Origin: Alphaproteobacteria bacterium | Lineage (GTDB): Bacteria; Pseudomonadota; Alphaproteobacteria; RF32; CAG-239 | Reading direction: 5' to 3' | Length of the DNA stretch: 64,000 nucleotides | Assembly: GCA_017937705.1 (NCBI GenBank) | Contig: JAGBDC010000029.1 | Span: forward strand, 27-64,026 | Shown here: one piece after another, positions 47,342 to 58,357 of the stretch | How positions within the stretch are numbered: the first letter of the stretch is position 1 | Layout of the letters: every line of letters begins with the position of its first letter | Translations under genes and position numbers: made by a program | Notes under the pieces: generated by a model | Databases searched by the model: none | What the model was told of the DNA's origin: nothing | The model's input: only the letters and a program-made list of their open reading frames with translations

Positions 47342-48202
47342 TTAGTTACCTTTTTCCGATTCTGTATATGTCAATCCTTTGTTATTACGTAATGTTTCAT
47401 CTGCACCATAAAGCTTTAAAAGTTTAATGGTATCAGTGTTATTTGAAAAATTTGCAACAAACAAAGGTGTACTGCCTTTGTAATCTCTGATATTTGGGTT
47501 TGCTCCTTTTTCTAATAATTTTTTTAATAAAAACAAAGACTCATTTGGATATGCCATAGCGGTAATATGTAAAGGAGTAATTCCACCTGTTTTTTTATTA
47601 ATATCAGCACCATTTTGAAGTAAAATATCAATTATTCTTGCATAATATGTTTCTAATATTTTTTCTTCTTTTTCTATATCTGATATTACTTTTTCTTTCA
47701 TCCTATTCCGTTCTTCTGGGGATGTTTCTTTACACTTTTTACTTATTCCATCAATGTTACATATATTGTCAGAATCGTCTAATTGGTAATCTATTTCATC
47801 TGCAAGTAGCATTTTAAATTCGTTCATTTTTCTGGGGAGTAAAACAACAGTAGTAAGCGGTGATATTCTACATGTAGTTAAATTGACATCAGCTCCTGCT
47901 TCTATTAACAAATTTATCTTTTTTATGGTGTTTTCAGGGGGGACACCTTTATTTATTATAAGACCATTAATAGATGCAGTTAAAAGAGTGGCGCAGCCGT
48001 AATCAGCATTAACATCAACTCCGATTTTTTTTACTAAAAAGTCTAATTCTTCAGGTGTGCCATGCAATGCAATTTTTTTTATATAACTATCATCTGTCAT
48101 TTTATTATAAAGAAAAAATCCCTCTGCATAATTCTTAAACATGATATAAAATAAACCACTAATGATTATTAACCATATAATTATATGTTTTTTTATCATC
48201 AT
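47342..48202 (-). CDS. Ankyrin-repeat protein with N-terminal TM/signal anchor
   Basis: ANK repeats (GITPLHITAMAY...LLEKGANPNIRDYKGSTPLFVA...LLKLYGAD) and N-terminal HIIIWLIIISGLFYIMF. Confidence 0.8.
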   Translation of the reverse strand: MMIKKHIIIWLIIISGLFYIMFKNYAEGFFLYNKMTDDSYIKKIALHGTPEELDFLVKKIGVDVNADYGCATLLTASINGLIINKGVPPENTIKKINLLIEAGADVNLTTCRISPLTTVVLLPRKMNEFKMLLADEIDYQLDDSDNICNIDGISKKCKETSPEERNRMKEKVISDIEKEEKILETYYARIIDILLQNGADINKKTGGITPLHITAMAYPNESLFLLKKLLEKGANPNIRDYKGSTPLFVANFSNNTDTIKLLKLYGADETLRNNKGLTYTESEKGN

Positions 48203-48207
48203 TACCT

Positions 48208-48352
48208 CCTGTTGTTACATAATTACATATAATGTATTTTTATTTAAAATGCAACCATAAATTTACATCTTGTGTATAACTCTATTAATAATGTATTATA
48301 AATTACAAAAAAGGAGTTATCAATAAATAACTCCTTTTTGTAATGTTTTTTT
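48208..48352. repeat. 145-bp terminator-promoter-RBS cassette, copy 1 (upstream of the ankyrin gene)
   Basis: Identical to 49295-49440 apart from a few bases near CCTTTTTGTAATG / CCTTTGGGTAATG. Contains the hairpin AAGGAGTTAT-caataa-ATAACTCCTT. Confidence 0.9.
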
Positions 48353-48517
48353 AAATTCTTAGCTAGTATATATTTTATTACTTGTTGTACTCTGAATTTA
48401 TATTCACCTATTTTATTAAGGGTCATTTCTCCAGATATTGAAAAATTATTTTTAAATTTATCAAAAAAATCATCTAAAAAATCTTTATCTTCTTGAGATA
48501 ATTGTGTTGTAATATTA

Positions 48518-49285
48518 TTATCCTTTCGTTAATTGTTTTTTTGCTTTATTAAATATTCTTATGTATCTTTTACACAACAATGTGCGATAAACATAAGGAG
48601 TAGCATATGAAACATGGGTTAAAGATAAAAGTTTTAGTTTTTTATTGAAAGCATCAGAATCTTCATTAAATGCTATATACAAAGCAAAAGGTATAGAGAT
48701 AACAACAAGTATTGAAAAAAAATAATCAAAATTTATTGTACTTTCTAAAGTTCTATTAAGTTTATTCTTCCTTTGAAAATCACAGAAATAGTTATATATT
48801 TCCGAAATCGAATTATTATAACAATATGAGATACCCAATAGAAAAAATAATAAAAATGTCAGGGCTATATATGATTTTGAATTAATCTCCAAAAAAATAA
48901 ATGTTTTTATTAAATCATACATTGATATATTTCCCTTATCAGCAAGACCAATGAGAATAGATATAAAACAAGCTATAACAAACCTAAATAAAAATGCTAA
49001 ATTACAATGCATAAGAATTAAATGCTTTTTTTTATATGTAAAAAATAAAGTAATAATTACATATAGCATTGAAACAGTAGCTATACTATAACCATAAATT
49101 TTATTAAAAAATAAAATGCCCCAGAATACCCAACAATAAGCCAATAAAGAAAACACTAAAGTTGAATAAATGGGGTTTTTCTCTTTGGGAGTTTCCATAG
49201 CGATTAGTTTTTTCTTATATGGGTTATCATCAGCTAATTGCTCACTTAATTTGTTTTCATGTATATCACATTTATTAAAGAACAT
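48518..49285 (-). CDS. Hypothetical polytopic membrane protein
   Basis: 255 aa, about 6 TM helices, no recognised motif. Flanked on both sides by the 145-bp cassette. Confidence 0.6.
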   Translation of the reverse strand: MFFNKCDIHENKLSEQLADDNPYKKKLIAMETPKEKNPIYSTLVFSLLAYCWVFWGILFFNKIYGYSIATVSMLYVIITLFFTYKKKHLILMHCNLAFLFRFVIACFISILIGLADKGNISMYDLIKTFIFLEINSKSYIALTFLLFFLLGISYCYNNSISEIYNYFCDFQRKNKLNRTLESTINFDYFFSILVVISIPFALYIAFNEDSDAFNKKLKLLSLTHVSYATPYVYRTLLCKRYIRIFNKAKKQLTKG

Positions 49286-49294
49286 CTCTCTCCC

Positions 49295-49440
49295 CCTGTT
49301 GTTACATAATTACATATAATGTATTTTTATTTAAAATGCAACCATAAATTTACATCTTGTGTATAACTCTATTAATAATGTATTATAAATTACAAAAAAG
49401 GAGTTATCAATAAATAACTCCTTTGGGTAATGTTTTTTTT
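49295..49440. repeat. 145-bp terminator-promoter-RBS cassette, copy 2 (upstream of the membrane gene)
   Basis: See copy 1. Lies directly 5' of the 48518-49285 gene on the minus strand. Confidence 0.9.
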
Positions 49441-49485
49441 AACGTCAGACTACAAAAAGGTCGCTTATTTTGCGACCTTTTCGGA

Positions 49486-50346
49486 TTATTTTTCTCTCGG
49501 AAGTTTTTTCTTATCTTCTTTTTCTTGCAGTTCTTGCAAATCACGCTCAGTTGCCAATTTTACTAAAATTGTTTTTACAACCGTGTCAATATCGTGGTCT
49601 TCCGAATAGTCTGCAGGTAATGCAAAATTTACACGTCCGTCTGTTAACAATTTAATTGCTTTAGATTTTTTAGTGCTTTTAGGTTTGTATACCGCAATTG
49701 AATATCCGCCGTTTTTCTTAACTAAACGCATAGACGGAATGTCGGTATCACCATCTCCGAAATATACCATACGTGTAAACGGTATCGGACGTTCATTATC
49801 CGGCATAAACTCATTAACCGCTCTATCTTCCAGTTTGCCGAGACCTTTATTTATTTTGGAAAGATATTGAGTTTTTGTAGAATAGTTTACAACTCTTGCC
49901 GGCCAAATCGGGTGTCCTTCTTCGTCATAGGCATAAGCACATCCGAACACTTCTTTAAAGTGTTTGCGAATTGACGTTCCGTCAATAATTTCTTCGTATC
50001 CGGAAGAAATAACATAGTGTTCAATATCTAAATCGAGCATATCGCCATAGTGATTAATGCGAGCAAACCAATCTTCTACTCCGGCAAAATATTCAATATC
50101 TTTTCCGCATTCGGCAAAAATTTCTTTTGTTAAAGGTACTTTCTTTTCGTGAGACATTTTCACAAAATAGTACATAGAACTGGTTATTTGGTCTGCATCG
50201 TTTTCTATCCACCAAGTATTTGCTTCGTGCCAAAACTTTTTAGCATCCATACCAAACTTTGGAATCAGGCAATAATCTTGCATATTGGTTGTGCTTAATG
50301 TGCCGTCAAAATCGTAAATTAGGGCAACTTTTACTTTTTTTACCAT
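49486..50346 (-). CDS. HAD-superfamily hydrolase
   Basis: Motif I LIYDFDGTL and YFGDGDTDIP (motif IV). Start taken at MVKKVKVA. Confidence 0.8.
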   Translation of the reverse strand: MVKKVKVALIYDFDGTLSTTNMQDYCLIPKFGMDAKKFWHEANTWWIENDADQITSSMYYFVKMSHEKKVPLTKEIFAECGKDIEYFAGVEDWFARINHYGDMLDLDIEHYVISSGYEEIIDGTSIRKHFKEVFGCAYAYDEEGHPIWPARVVNYSTKTQYLSKINKGLGKLEDRAVNEFMPDNERPIPFTRMVYFGDGDTDIPSMRLVKKNGGYSIAVYKPKSTKKSKAIKLLTDGRVNFALPADYSEDHDIDTVVKTILVKLATERDLQELQEKEDKKKLPREK

Positions 50347-50452
50347 CTTTTTTATTATCTCCACTTGATATTTTTTAATAGATACCTTATAAAGCAAAGA
50401 AGTTAAGAAATCAACAATATTAAGAATATAAGATATATAAAGGACTAAAACA

Positions 50453-51811
50453 ATGCCTGCAAAAACTATGGATCAACTCGTATCTTTGTGTAAACGCCGC
50501 GGTTTTATTTTTCAAAATGCCGATATTTATGGCGGACTACAAGGGGTTTATGACTATGGCCCGCTTGGTGTGGAATTGAAAAATAATTTAAAAGCTGCTT
50601 GGTGGCGTTCAATGGTGTATGAACGTGATGACGTTGAAGGACTTGATTCTGCTATTTTGACCAATCAAAAGGTTTTACACTATTCCGGTCACGAAGATAC
50701 TTTCTCTGATCCGATGGTTGACTGCAAAAAATGTAAATCACGTTTTAGAGCAGACCACATTGACGGAAAATGCCCAAACTGCGGCTCTACCGAATTGACA
50801 GAACCGCGTCCGTTTAATTTGATGTTCAAAACCGCAATAGGTCCGGTTGATGACGGTTCTTCTTATGGTTATTTGCGTCCGGAAACAGCACAAGCTATTT
50901 TTACACAATTCAAAAATGTTGTCGATTCAACATCTCGCAAACTTCCGTTCGGTATTGCTCAAATCGGAAAATCTTTCCGTAACGAAATTACTCCGCGTAA
51001 TTTTATTTTCCGTGTTCGCGAATTTGAACAAGCCGAGTTGGAATATTTCGTAGAACCCGGCGAAGATGAAAAATGGCACGAAACTTGGAAAGAAGAGCGT
51101 ATTAAATGGTGGGAAGAACAAGGTCTTAAACGTGAAAATATCAACATTTATACCACTCCGAAAGAAGATTTAGCTCACTATGCAAAAGCTTGTTATGATA
51201 TCGAATATCAATTTCCTCACGGAATGGAAGAATTGGAAGGTATTGCTAACCGTACAGACTATGATTTAGGAAATCATACCAAAGCTCAAGATGAGATGAA
51301 TTTGACTTCTAGCTGTCATAAGAACAATGAATCTACACAAAAATTGTGCATTATGGATGACAAAAATAAATGGGTTGTTCCTTTTGTTATTGAGCCATCT
51401 ATGGGCGTTGACAGAGGGGTATTAGCAGTTATGACCGAAGCTTATACCGAAGAGGATTTAGGCGAAGGTAACAGCCGTATTGTGTTAAAACTTAAAAAAC
51501 ACTTGGCTCCGATTAAGGTTGCCGTAATTCCTCTCAAAAAGAACAACGAACAGATTATGGCAAAATGTCATGAAATTAAAAAGAATTTACTCAAATTAGG
51601 TATTGGTCGTGTAGCTTTGGAAAATACCGGTAACATCGGTAAAGCATATCGTCGCCATGACGAAATAGGGACTCCGTTATGTCTTACGGTTGATTTTGAA
51701 ACCATTGAACAACAACCGGAATCCGTAACGGTAAGAGATAGAGATACAATGGAACAACATCGTGTCAATATTGCGGATTTACCGAACTATTTGAGAGAAT
51801 ATTTCTTATAA
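50453..51811 (+). CDS. glyQS: Glycine--tRNA ligase (dimeric GlyQS type)
   Basis: [25 protein letters not shown] and [25 protein letters not shown] (class II motifs). Confidence 0.95.
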   Translation: MPAKTMDQLVSLCKRRGFIFQNADIYGGLQGVYDYGPLGVELKNNLKAAWWRSMVYERDDVEGLDSAILTNQKVLHYSGHEDTFSDPMVDCKKCKSRFRADHIDGKCPNCGSTELTEPRPFNLMFKTAIGPVDDGSSYGYLRPETAQAIFTQFKNVVDSTSRKLPFGIAQIGKSFRNEITPRNFIFRVREFEQAELEYFVEPGEDEKWHETWKEERIKWWEEQGLKRENINIYTTPKEDLAHYAKACYDIEYQFPHGMEELEGIANRTDYDLGNHTKAQDEMNLTSSCHKNNESTQKLCIMDDKNKWVVPFVIEPSMGVDRGVLAVMTEAYTEEDLGEGNSRIVLKLKKHLAPIKVAVIPLKKNNEQIMAKCHEIKKNLLKLGIGRVALENTGNIGKAYRRHDEIGTPLCLTVDFETIEQQPESVTVRDRDTMEQHRVNIADLPNYLREYFL

Positions 51812-51815
51812 GAAT

Positions 51816-51850
51816 AAAAACTCGGGAGCTGACAAACTCCCGAGTTTTTT
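51816..51850. terminator. Bidirectional terminator
   Basis: aaaaa-CTCGGGAG-ctgacaaa-CTCCCGAG-tttttt. Confidence 0.75.
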
Positions 51851-51852
51851 GA

Positions 51853-52515
51853 TTAGAATTGATAACGTAAACCTAGATAAAATTCATTTGCGGTTATATC
51901 AAATTCGTTCGTTTCATCAAATCCCGGACCATTATAATTTTGTGTTTCAGATAAATCTCCAAAATCAATATATCTGTATCCGGCATCAACTACAAAGTTA
52001 TCATTGATTGAGTATGAAATACCTGCACCGATTTGCCAAGAGAAGTTGGTGTCTTTTATGTCACCGTAATATTCAGACCAATATTGGTCTTGAGCTTTAA
52101 TTTGTGCATAACCGAGTCCTATACCGATATATGGGGTGAATTTTGTTCCAGTATTAATGTCATAATATGCATTGAGCATAAAAGACTGGGTTTCAATTTT
52201 TGTTTTATATGTATATCCCCAATCTACATAAGAACTTTCTGTATCTGCTTTTTTATTATATTCTAATTCAGCTCTGATATTACCATAAGGCGCTTGAAAA
52301 GCAGAACCGAAAGCAATCGCACCGCCTAAGTCTTTATCACCGATGTCATAGGATTGACTTTCTGTTTCAAAAGACCAAGTGCTTTTATAATTTAAATCAG
52401 CTTTTAAATCGGTATAAGTAGCTTTTACTGAAACGTACGGATTAAAATCAAGAGCATTTGCATTAAATGCAAACAATGATGTGGCAATACCTGCCATTAA
52501 TATAGTCTTTTTCAT
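51853..52515 (-). CDS. Small outer-membrane beta-barrel protein (OmpA-barrel/Omp25-like)
   Basis: Start at MKKTILMAGIATSLFAFNANA. Ends ...YLGLRYQF. Confidence 0.75.
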   Translation of the reverse strand: MKKTILMAGIATSLFAFNANALDFNPYVSVKATYTDLKADLNYKSTWSFETESQSYDIGDKDLGGAIAFGSAFQAPYGNIRAELEYNKKADTESSYVDWGYTYKTKIETQSFMLNAYYDINTGTKFTPYIGIGLGYAQIKAQDQYWSEYYGDIKDTNFSWQIGAGISYSINDNFVVDAGYRYIDFGDLSETQNYNGPGFDETNEFDITANEFYLGLRYQF

Positions 52516-52614
52516 ATGTATATTCCTTTTATTTGATTTTGGGTTTTCGAAGCCCAAGATTAGTACATACCAATCCAAACAAAATATAACATATAATTTA
52601 TAATAAGCAATACC

Positions 52615-53631
52615 TTATTTTCCGAAGACGGCGTTTCGTAAACGTTCCAAAGTTTGGGCGGCATGCGGACGAGCTTTTGCTGCACCTTCTTCCAACATTG
52701 CCTCGACCTCTTCAAAATGTTCCATATAATATTGATATTTTTCTCTAGATTCTTTCACTAAATCAATTATGGCATCAAGCAACATATTTTTAATATGTCC
52801 ATATCCTAACTTGCCATTTTCTAATCCATAAGCCATTTCTGCTACCTTATCGGCAGAAGCAACGGACTTATAAACTTGATAAACTAAAATTTCTTCAGGG
52901 TTTTTAGGCTCTTCCATCGGGCGAGAGTCTGTCTTAATAGAGAATACGGCTTTTTTTATCTCTTTGTCATCGGCAAAAATAGGAATGACATTACCATAGC
53001 TTTTGCTCATTTTTCGACCGTCAATTCCGGGAACAACCGCAACATTTTGATCAAGGTAATATTCCGGTAAATGTAAAAGTTTTTGATTGTAGTGAGCATT
53101 AATAATTCCGGCAATATCCCGAGCGATTTCAACGTGTTGAACTTGGTCCTTTCCTACCGGAACAATATCGGTATCAAATGTCAAAATATCTGCTGCCATC
53201 AAAGTAGGGTAGGTATAAAGCCCCATATTGATACCGTCGTCATCGGGTTTTCCGGCTTCACGATTTTTATCTAAACAAGCTTTGTATGCGTGAGCTTTGT
53301 TCATAAATCCTTTCGGAGTATAGGCGTATAAAATTGTTGTAATTTCCGGAATTTGATAAATGTCAGATTGACGATAAAAAATCGTTCTGTTCGGGTCTAA
53401 GCCGAATGCCAAATATACACAAGCAATTTCTTTAAGTTTTTGATTTAGAACTTGCGGGTCTTTTTCTGCATTAATTGCGTGATAATCGGCAATAAACATA
53501 TAGTGCTTTCCTCCGGCATCCAAAACTTGGTGTCCAAGTTGTAAAGCAGGGCGAATTGCTCCCAAAAAATTACCGATATGAGGAGTGCCGGTTGGCTTAA
53601 CTCCGGTCAAAACAATTTTATTTTCAAACAT
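52615..53631 (-). CDS. trpS: Tryptophan--tRNA ligase
   Basis: GVKPTGTPHIGN (HIGH) and KMSKS. Confidence 0.95.
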   Translation of the reverse strand: MFENKIVLTGVKPTGTPHIGNFLGAIRPALQLGHQVLDAGGKHYMFIADYHAINAEKDPQVLNQKLKEIACVYLAFGLDPNRTIFYRQSDIYQIPEITTILYAYTPKGFMNKAHAYKACLDKNREAGKPDDDGINMGLYTYPTLMAADILTFDTDIVPVGKDQVQHVEIARDIAGIINAHYNQKLLHLPEYYLDQNVAVVPGIDGRKMSKSYGNVIPIFADDKEIKKAVFSIKTDSRPMEEPKNPEEILVYQVYKSVASADKVAEMAYGLENGKLGYGHIKNMLLDAIIDLVKESREKYQYYMEHFEEVEAMLEEGAAKARPHAAQTLERLRNAVFGK

Positions 53632-53729
53632 TTTAGTGCCTTTTTATCATTTTTTGATTGTAATTATCTATAAAATTGTTACTCTATCTGCGTTTATAAA
53701 TCAATTAAAAAAATTAAGGACGCTAAAAA

Positions 53730-55007
53730 ATGTTAGATATTAAATATATTGTAGAAAACCCCGAAGTTGTAAAAGAGGGTTTTGCCAAAAAAGGCTGTAC
53801 TATAAATGTAGATGAATTAATTAATCTTTATCTTGAGGTCAATAAGCTTAAAACTTCTTCTCAAGCTTTAGCCGAAGAAAAAAATCGTTTGAGTAACTCC
53901 ATAAAGTCTGCTTCATCGGAAGAGCGTCCGTCCATTATTGCAAAAAGTAAGGCTATCGGAGAACAATTTAAAGCAGAACAAGAAAAATTGGCTGCCGAAC
54001 AGGCTAAATTAGATGAAATTATGTGGAGAGTTCCAAACTTGCCCAGTCCGGAAACGCCGGTCGGTGTCGATGACAGTCAAAATGTGGTATGTCGTAAAGT
54101 TGGCGAAATTCCGAGTTTTAGTTTTGAACCGAAAGACCATGTTGAAATTATGGAAATGAACGGTTGGGGCGAGTTGGAGCGTATTGCAAAAGTTTGCGGT
54201 TCTCGTACTTATGCGATTTGTGATGAATTGGCTCGTTTAGAATTGGCTATTCATCTTTTGGTTATGGATAAACTTGCCGGTTATGGTTTCAAAGTAATTA
54301 CCGTGCCATCTATTTCTAAAGAAAAACCTCTTTACGGCCAAGGATATTTGCCGTTTGCGAAGGACGAAATTTATTATATGCCGGAAGACGATGTTTATTT
54401 ATCCGGAACAGCAGAGTTGATTTTGAACTCTTTGCGTGCAGATGAAATTTTGACTGAAAACGAATTGCCTATTCTGTATGCCGGATTTTCTCCTTGTTTT
54501 CGTCGTGAGGCAGGAGCAGCCGGAAAAGATACTCGCGGCTTGACCCGTGTTCACCAATTTATGAAAACAGAACAATTTGTTATTTGTAAAAATGATGTTG
54601 CCGAGAGTGAAAAGTGGCATAAAAAATTGTTGCAAATTTCAGAAGAAGTTTTGCAAGATTTAGAATTGCCGTATCAGGTATTAGAAGTTTGTACCGGTGA
54701 TATGGGCGCCCCAAAATATCGTCAATATGATTTAGAAGCGTGGGTTCCGAGCCAAAATTGTTACAGAGAAACTCACAGTTGTTCAAATATTACCGAATGG
54801 CAAGCACGTCGCACCAACTTACGCTATCGTGACAATGCCGAAGGTAAAGTCAGATTTGTTCATACATTGAACAATACCGGTATTGCAACTCCGAGAGCGT
54901 TGGTTCCGTTTTTGGAAAATCATCAACAAGCAGACGGTTCGGTTCGTATTCCCGAAAAATTGCAGCCGTATATGATGGGCAAGAAGTTCATCGGTGGCAA
55001 AAAATAA
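53730..55007 (+). CDS. serS: Serine--tRNA ligase
   Basis: N-terminal coiled coil. Class II motifs FSPCFRREAGAAGKDTRGLTRVHQF and TLNNTGIATPR. Confidence 0.95.
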   Translation: MLDIKYIVENPEVVKEGFAKKGCTINVDELINLYLEVNKLKTSSQALAEEKNRLSNSIKSASSEERPSIIAKSKAIGEQFKAEQEKLAAEQAKLDEIMWRVPNLPSPETPVGVDDSQNVVCRKVGEIPSFSFEPKDHVEIMEMNGWGELERIAKVCGSRTYAICDELARLELAIHLLVMDKLAGYGFKVITVPSISKEKPLYGQGYLPFAKDEIYYMPEDDVYLSGTAELILNSLRADEILTENELPILYAGFSPCFRREAGAAGKDTRGLTRVHQFMKTEQFVICKNDVAESEKWHKKLLQISEEVLQDLELPYQVLEVCTGDMGAPKYRQYDLEAWVPSQNCYRETHSCSNITEWQARRTNLRYRDNAEGKVRFVHTLNNTGIATPRALVPFLENHQQADGSVRIPEKLQPYMMGKKFIGGKK

Positions 55008-55011
55008 ATTC

Positions 55012-55039
55012 AAATCCCCGAAAAATCGGGGATTTTTTT
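55012..55039 (+). terminator. Rho-independent terminator after serS
   Basis: TCCCCGA-aaaa-TCGGGGA followed by ttttttt. Confidence 0.75.
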
Positions 55040-55149
55040 GTAACAAACAGAAATAAAAGTTTTTTGTTTTAGTCGGTTTTCGAGGTTGTAAAAAAATACA
55101 AAAAAACTATTATTTCTCCGAATTAAATAATATTGATTTGGAGTATGTA

Positions 55150-57795
55150 ATGGAAAAAAATATAAAAAATTCAGAAGAAATTTCAGGGGAAATTATAAAT
55201 TCTCCGGAAGCTTTAGAAGAATTGATTGCTAAAGTTAAAAGAGCACAAAAAGAATATGCAACTTTTTCACAAGAACAGGTTAATGCTATCTTTAAGGCCG
55301 CTGCTGCGGCTGCCGATAAAGCCAGAATACCTTTGGCTCGTATGGCTGTTGAAGATACCGGAATGGGAGTTATGGAAGATAAAATAATTAAAAATCATTT
55401 TGCTTCCGAATATATATACAATAAGTATAAAAATGCAAAAACTTGCGGCGTTATTAAAAATGACAAGACCAACGGTACTAAAATTGTGGCTGAGCCTTTA
55501 GGCGTTATTGCCGGAATTATTCCGACAACAAATCCAACCTCTACGGCAATATTTAAGTCGTTAATTTCGCTAAAAACTCGTAATGCAATTATTTTTTCTC
55601 CACACCCGAGAGCAAAAAAATCTACAATAGCTGCAGCAAAATTGATTTTAGATGCTGCAGTTGCTGCCGGTGCTCCGAAAAATATTATTGCTTGGATTGA
55701 CGAACCGAGTTTAGATTTGACTCACCAACTCATAACCCATCCTTTGGTAGATACAATTTTGGCAACCGGTGGTCCGAGTATGGTAAAAGCTGCTTATTCT
55801 AGCGGTAAACCTGCATTAGGTGTCGGTGCCGGCAATACTCCGGCAGTAATTGATGAAACAGCTGATATTCAAATGGCGGTTTCATATATTTTGATGTCCA
55901 AAACTTTTGACAATGGTATGATTTGTGCTTCTGAGCAGTCTATTGTCGCTGTTGATGATGTATACGAAGATGTAAAAAAAGAACTGATATATCGTGGTGC
56001 ATATCTTTTGAATAAGAAAGAATCTGAACAGTTAAGCAAGATTATTTTGAACGAAAATATGACCGTAAATGCTGCTATTGTCGGACAAAGTGCTGCAACC
56101 ATTGCTAAATTGGCAGGTTTTGAAGTTCCTGCACATGCAAAAGTATTGGTTAGTGAAGAAACATCAACAGCTCGTGAAAATCCTTTTGCTCACGAAAAAC
56201 TTTCTCCTATTTTAGCTTTGTATAAGGCTACTGATTTTAACCAAGCTACAGATATGGCTTTAGAATTGGTAAATTTAGGCGGCGTCGGACATACATCGGT
56301 TCTTTACACCGACAGCCGTTCTCAAGACAGAATTAACTATTTTGCCACCAAACTTCCTACCGGTCGTTTATTGATTAACTCTCCGTCATCTCAAGGCGGT
56401 ATCGGTGATTTATTTAACTTCAAACTTGAACCATCGTTGACTTTAGGTTGCGGTTCTTGGGGAGGAAATGCCGTTAGTGAAAACGTCGGAGTTAAACATT
56501 TGTTGAATTATAAAACAGTTGCCGAAAGGAGAGAAAATATGTTGTGGTTTAGAGTTCCGCCGAAAATCTATTTCAAGAGAGGAGCTGTTGATTGCGCATT
56601 GCGTGAATTAGAAGGTAAAAAAAGAGCTTTTATTGTTACCGACAGATTTTTATTTGATTCCGGTGCGGTAAATAATGTTACTAATGTTTTGGAAGAAATG
56701 GATATTGATTATCAAATCTTTTTTGATGTAAAGCCGGACCCGACTTTGTCAACCATTGATGAAGCTTTGGCAATGATTCGTCCGTATCAACCGGATGTAA
56801 TTATTGCGTTGGGCGGTGGTTCTCCGATGGATGCTGCTAAAATTATTTGGTTGATGTACGAACATCCCGAAGTTAATTTCGAAGATATTTCTATGCGTTT
56901 CATGGATATTCGCAAACGTATTTGTTCTATTCCGGAATTAGGTAAAAAGGCACAAATGGTTGCAATTCCTACAACATCGGGAACAGGTTCCGAAGTTACT
57001 CCTTTTGCGGTTATTACCGATGATAAAACTCATGTAAAATATGCTATTGCCGATTATGCTTTGACACCTAATATGGCAATTATTGATGCTAACTTTGTTG
57101 ATAGTATGCCTAAAGGTTTGACGGCAGCTTCGGGTTTTGATGCTTTGGTTCACGCAGTTGAGGCTTATGTTTCTACAATGGCAACCAACTTTACAAATTC
57201 GACGGCATTAGAGGCCATTAAACAAATTTTCCGCTATTTGCCGCGTTCATACCAAAATGGTGCGAATGATCCGGTTGCTCGAGAAAAAGTTCACCATGCC
57301 GCAACTATAGCCGGTATGGCATTTGCAAACTCTTTCTTGGGCTTGTGTCACTCTATGGCCCACAAACTTGGAGGTGCTTTCAATATTCCTCACGGAATTG
57401 CGAATGCCTTGTTGTTTAATCAGGTTATTCGTTATAATGCGACAGATTGCCCTCGTAAACAGGCAATTTTTCCGCAATATAAATTCCCAAGCGCAAAGCT
57501 TCGATATGGTCAAATTGCAAATAATTTGCAATTAGATGGAGCAAATGATGATGAAAAGTTAGAAAACTTGCTCAAAGCAATCAGCAAGCTGAAAGATGAT
57601 ATTGAAATTCCACATTCAATAAAAGAATGGGGGATTAAGGAAGAAGATTTCTACGCAAAGCTTGATGATATTGTCGAAAAAGCATTTGATGACCAATGTA
57701 CGGGAGCAAATCCGGTATATCCTTTGATGGAGGACATTCGTCAAATTTATATTGATGCTTATAACGGTGTCGATTATAGCGGTCATAATAAATAG
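55150..57795 (+). CDS. adhE: Bifunctional acetaldehyde-CoA/alcohol dehydrogenase
   Basis: About 880 aa with an ALDH domain (FDNGMICASEQS) plus an Fe-ADH domain (ALGGGSPMDAAK, HSMAHKLGG). ATG at 55150 after GGAG. Confidence 0.95.
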   Translation: MEKNIKNSEEISGEIINSPEALEELIAKVKRAQKEYATFSQEQVNAIFKAAAAAADKARIPLARMAVEDTGMGVMEDKIIKNHFASEYIYNKYKNAKTCGVIKNDKTNGTKIVAEPLGVIAGIIPTTNPTSTAIFKSLISLKTRNAIIFSPHPRAKKSTIAAAKLILDAAVAAGAPKNIIAWIDEPSLDLTHQLITHPLVDTILATGGPSMVKAAYSSGKPALGVGAGNTPAVIDETADIQMAVSYILMSKTFDNGMICASEQSIVAVDDVYEDVKKELIYRGAYLLNKKESEQLSKIILNENMTVNAAIVGQSAATIAKLAGFEVPAHAKVLVSEETSTARENPFAHEKLSPILALYKATDFNQATDMALELVNLGGVGHTSVLYTDSRSQDRINYFATKLPTGRLLINSPSSQGGIGDLFNFKLEPSLTLGCGSWGGNAVSENVGVKHLLNYKTVAERRENMLWFRVPPKIYFKRGAVDCALRELEGKKRAFIVTDRFLFDSGAVNNVTNVLEEMDIDYQIFFDVKPDPTLSTIDEALAMIRPYQPDVIIALGGGSPMDAAKIIWLMYEHPEVNFEDISMRFMDIRKRICSIPELGKKAQMVAIPTTSGTGSEVTPFAVITDDKTHVKYAIADYALTPNMAIIDANFVDSMPKGLTAASGFDALVHAVEAYVSTMATNFTNSTALEAIKQIFRYLPRSYQNGANDPVAREKVHHAATIAGMAFANSFLGLCHSMAHKLGGAFNIPHGIANALLFNQVIRYNATDCPRKQAIFPQYKFPSAKLRYGQIANNLQLDGANDDEKLENLLKAISKLKDDIEIPHSIKEWGIKEEDFYAKLDDIVEKAFDDQCTGANPVYPLMEDIRQIYIDAYNGVDYSGHNK

Positions 57796-57806
57796 CTTAT
57801 AAAACA

Positions 57807-57830
57807 AAGGGAGGCAATTTTGCCTCCCTT
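57807..57830. terminator. Hairpin between convergent adhE and the spy-like gene
   Basis: AAGGGAGGCA-attt-TGCCTCCCTT. Confidence 0.55.
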
Positions 57831-57853
57831 ATCTTTGAGGGGAATATTAAAGA

Positions 57854-58357
57854 TTACTTAGCTTCAGTTTTCTGTTCTCCTAATGTTTTTTCCGGTTGCT
57901 TATCCTTATTATGGCGAGGACCTCTATCTTCGTGATGTTCTTTTCCTTTATGATGTCTGCCTTTTTTGAAGTTTTTCATTTTTTCCTTATGTTTAGCTTT
58001 GATTTCTTCAAATTTGGCTTTTTGTTCCGGTGTTAAAATGGCTTCAAAAGACTTCATATTTTCCTTGCGCATCTCATCCATTTTTTCGCGTAATTTTTTC
58101 ATTTCTTCCATCAAAGGTTTCATTTTTTCAAAATCTGCTTTGCGTATTTCTTCAGCTTTCTTTTGTTGTTCAGCTGTCAAACCTAATTTTTCCGCTAATT
58201 TTTTGCCGTGCATTCCCTTTTTATGATGTTTAGGCATTTCCATTTCTTGAGCAGGTTGCATTTGTGGACCTTTTACCGGCGGTTCAATAGCAAAACCGTT
58301 ATTAGCGCCTAAAAATAAAACGGAAGCACAAGTTAAAATCATAAGTTTTTTATTCAT
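57854..58357 (-). CDS. Spy/CpxP-family periplasmic protein (LTxxQ repeats)
   Basis: Signal peptide; LTAEQQKK and LTPEQKAKF motifs; His/Lys-rich ends. Confidence 0.7.
   Translation of the reverse strand: MNKKLMILTCASVLFLGANNGFAIEPPVKGPQMQPAQEMEMPKHHKKGMHGKKLAEKLGLTAEQQKKAEEIRKADFEKMKPLMEEMKKLREKMDEMRKENMKSFEAILTPEQKAKFEEIKAKHKEKMKNFKKGRHHKGKEHHEDRGPRHNKDKQPEKTLGEQKTEAK

Noticed and set aside
48244-48426. A 60-aa ORF between the membrane gene and the ankyrin gene.
   Set aside because: Most of it lies inside the duplicated 145-bp non-coding cassette and reads through the terminator hairpin. I saw no RBS.
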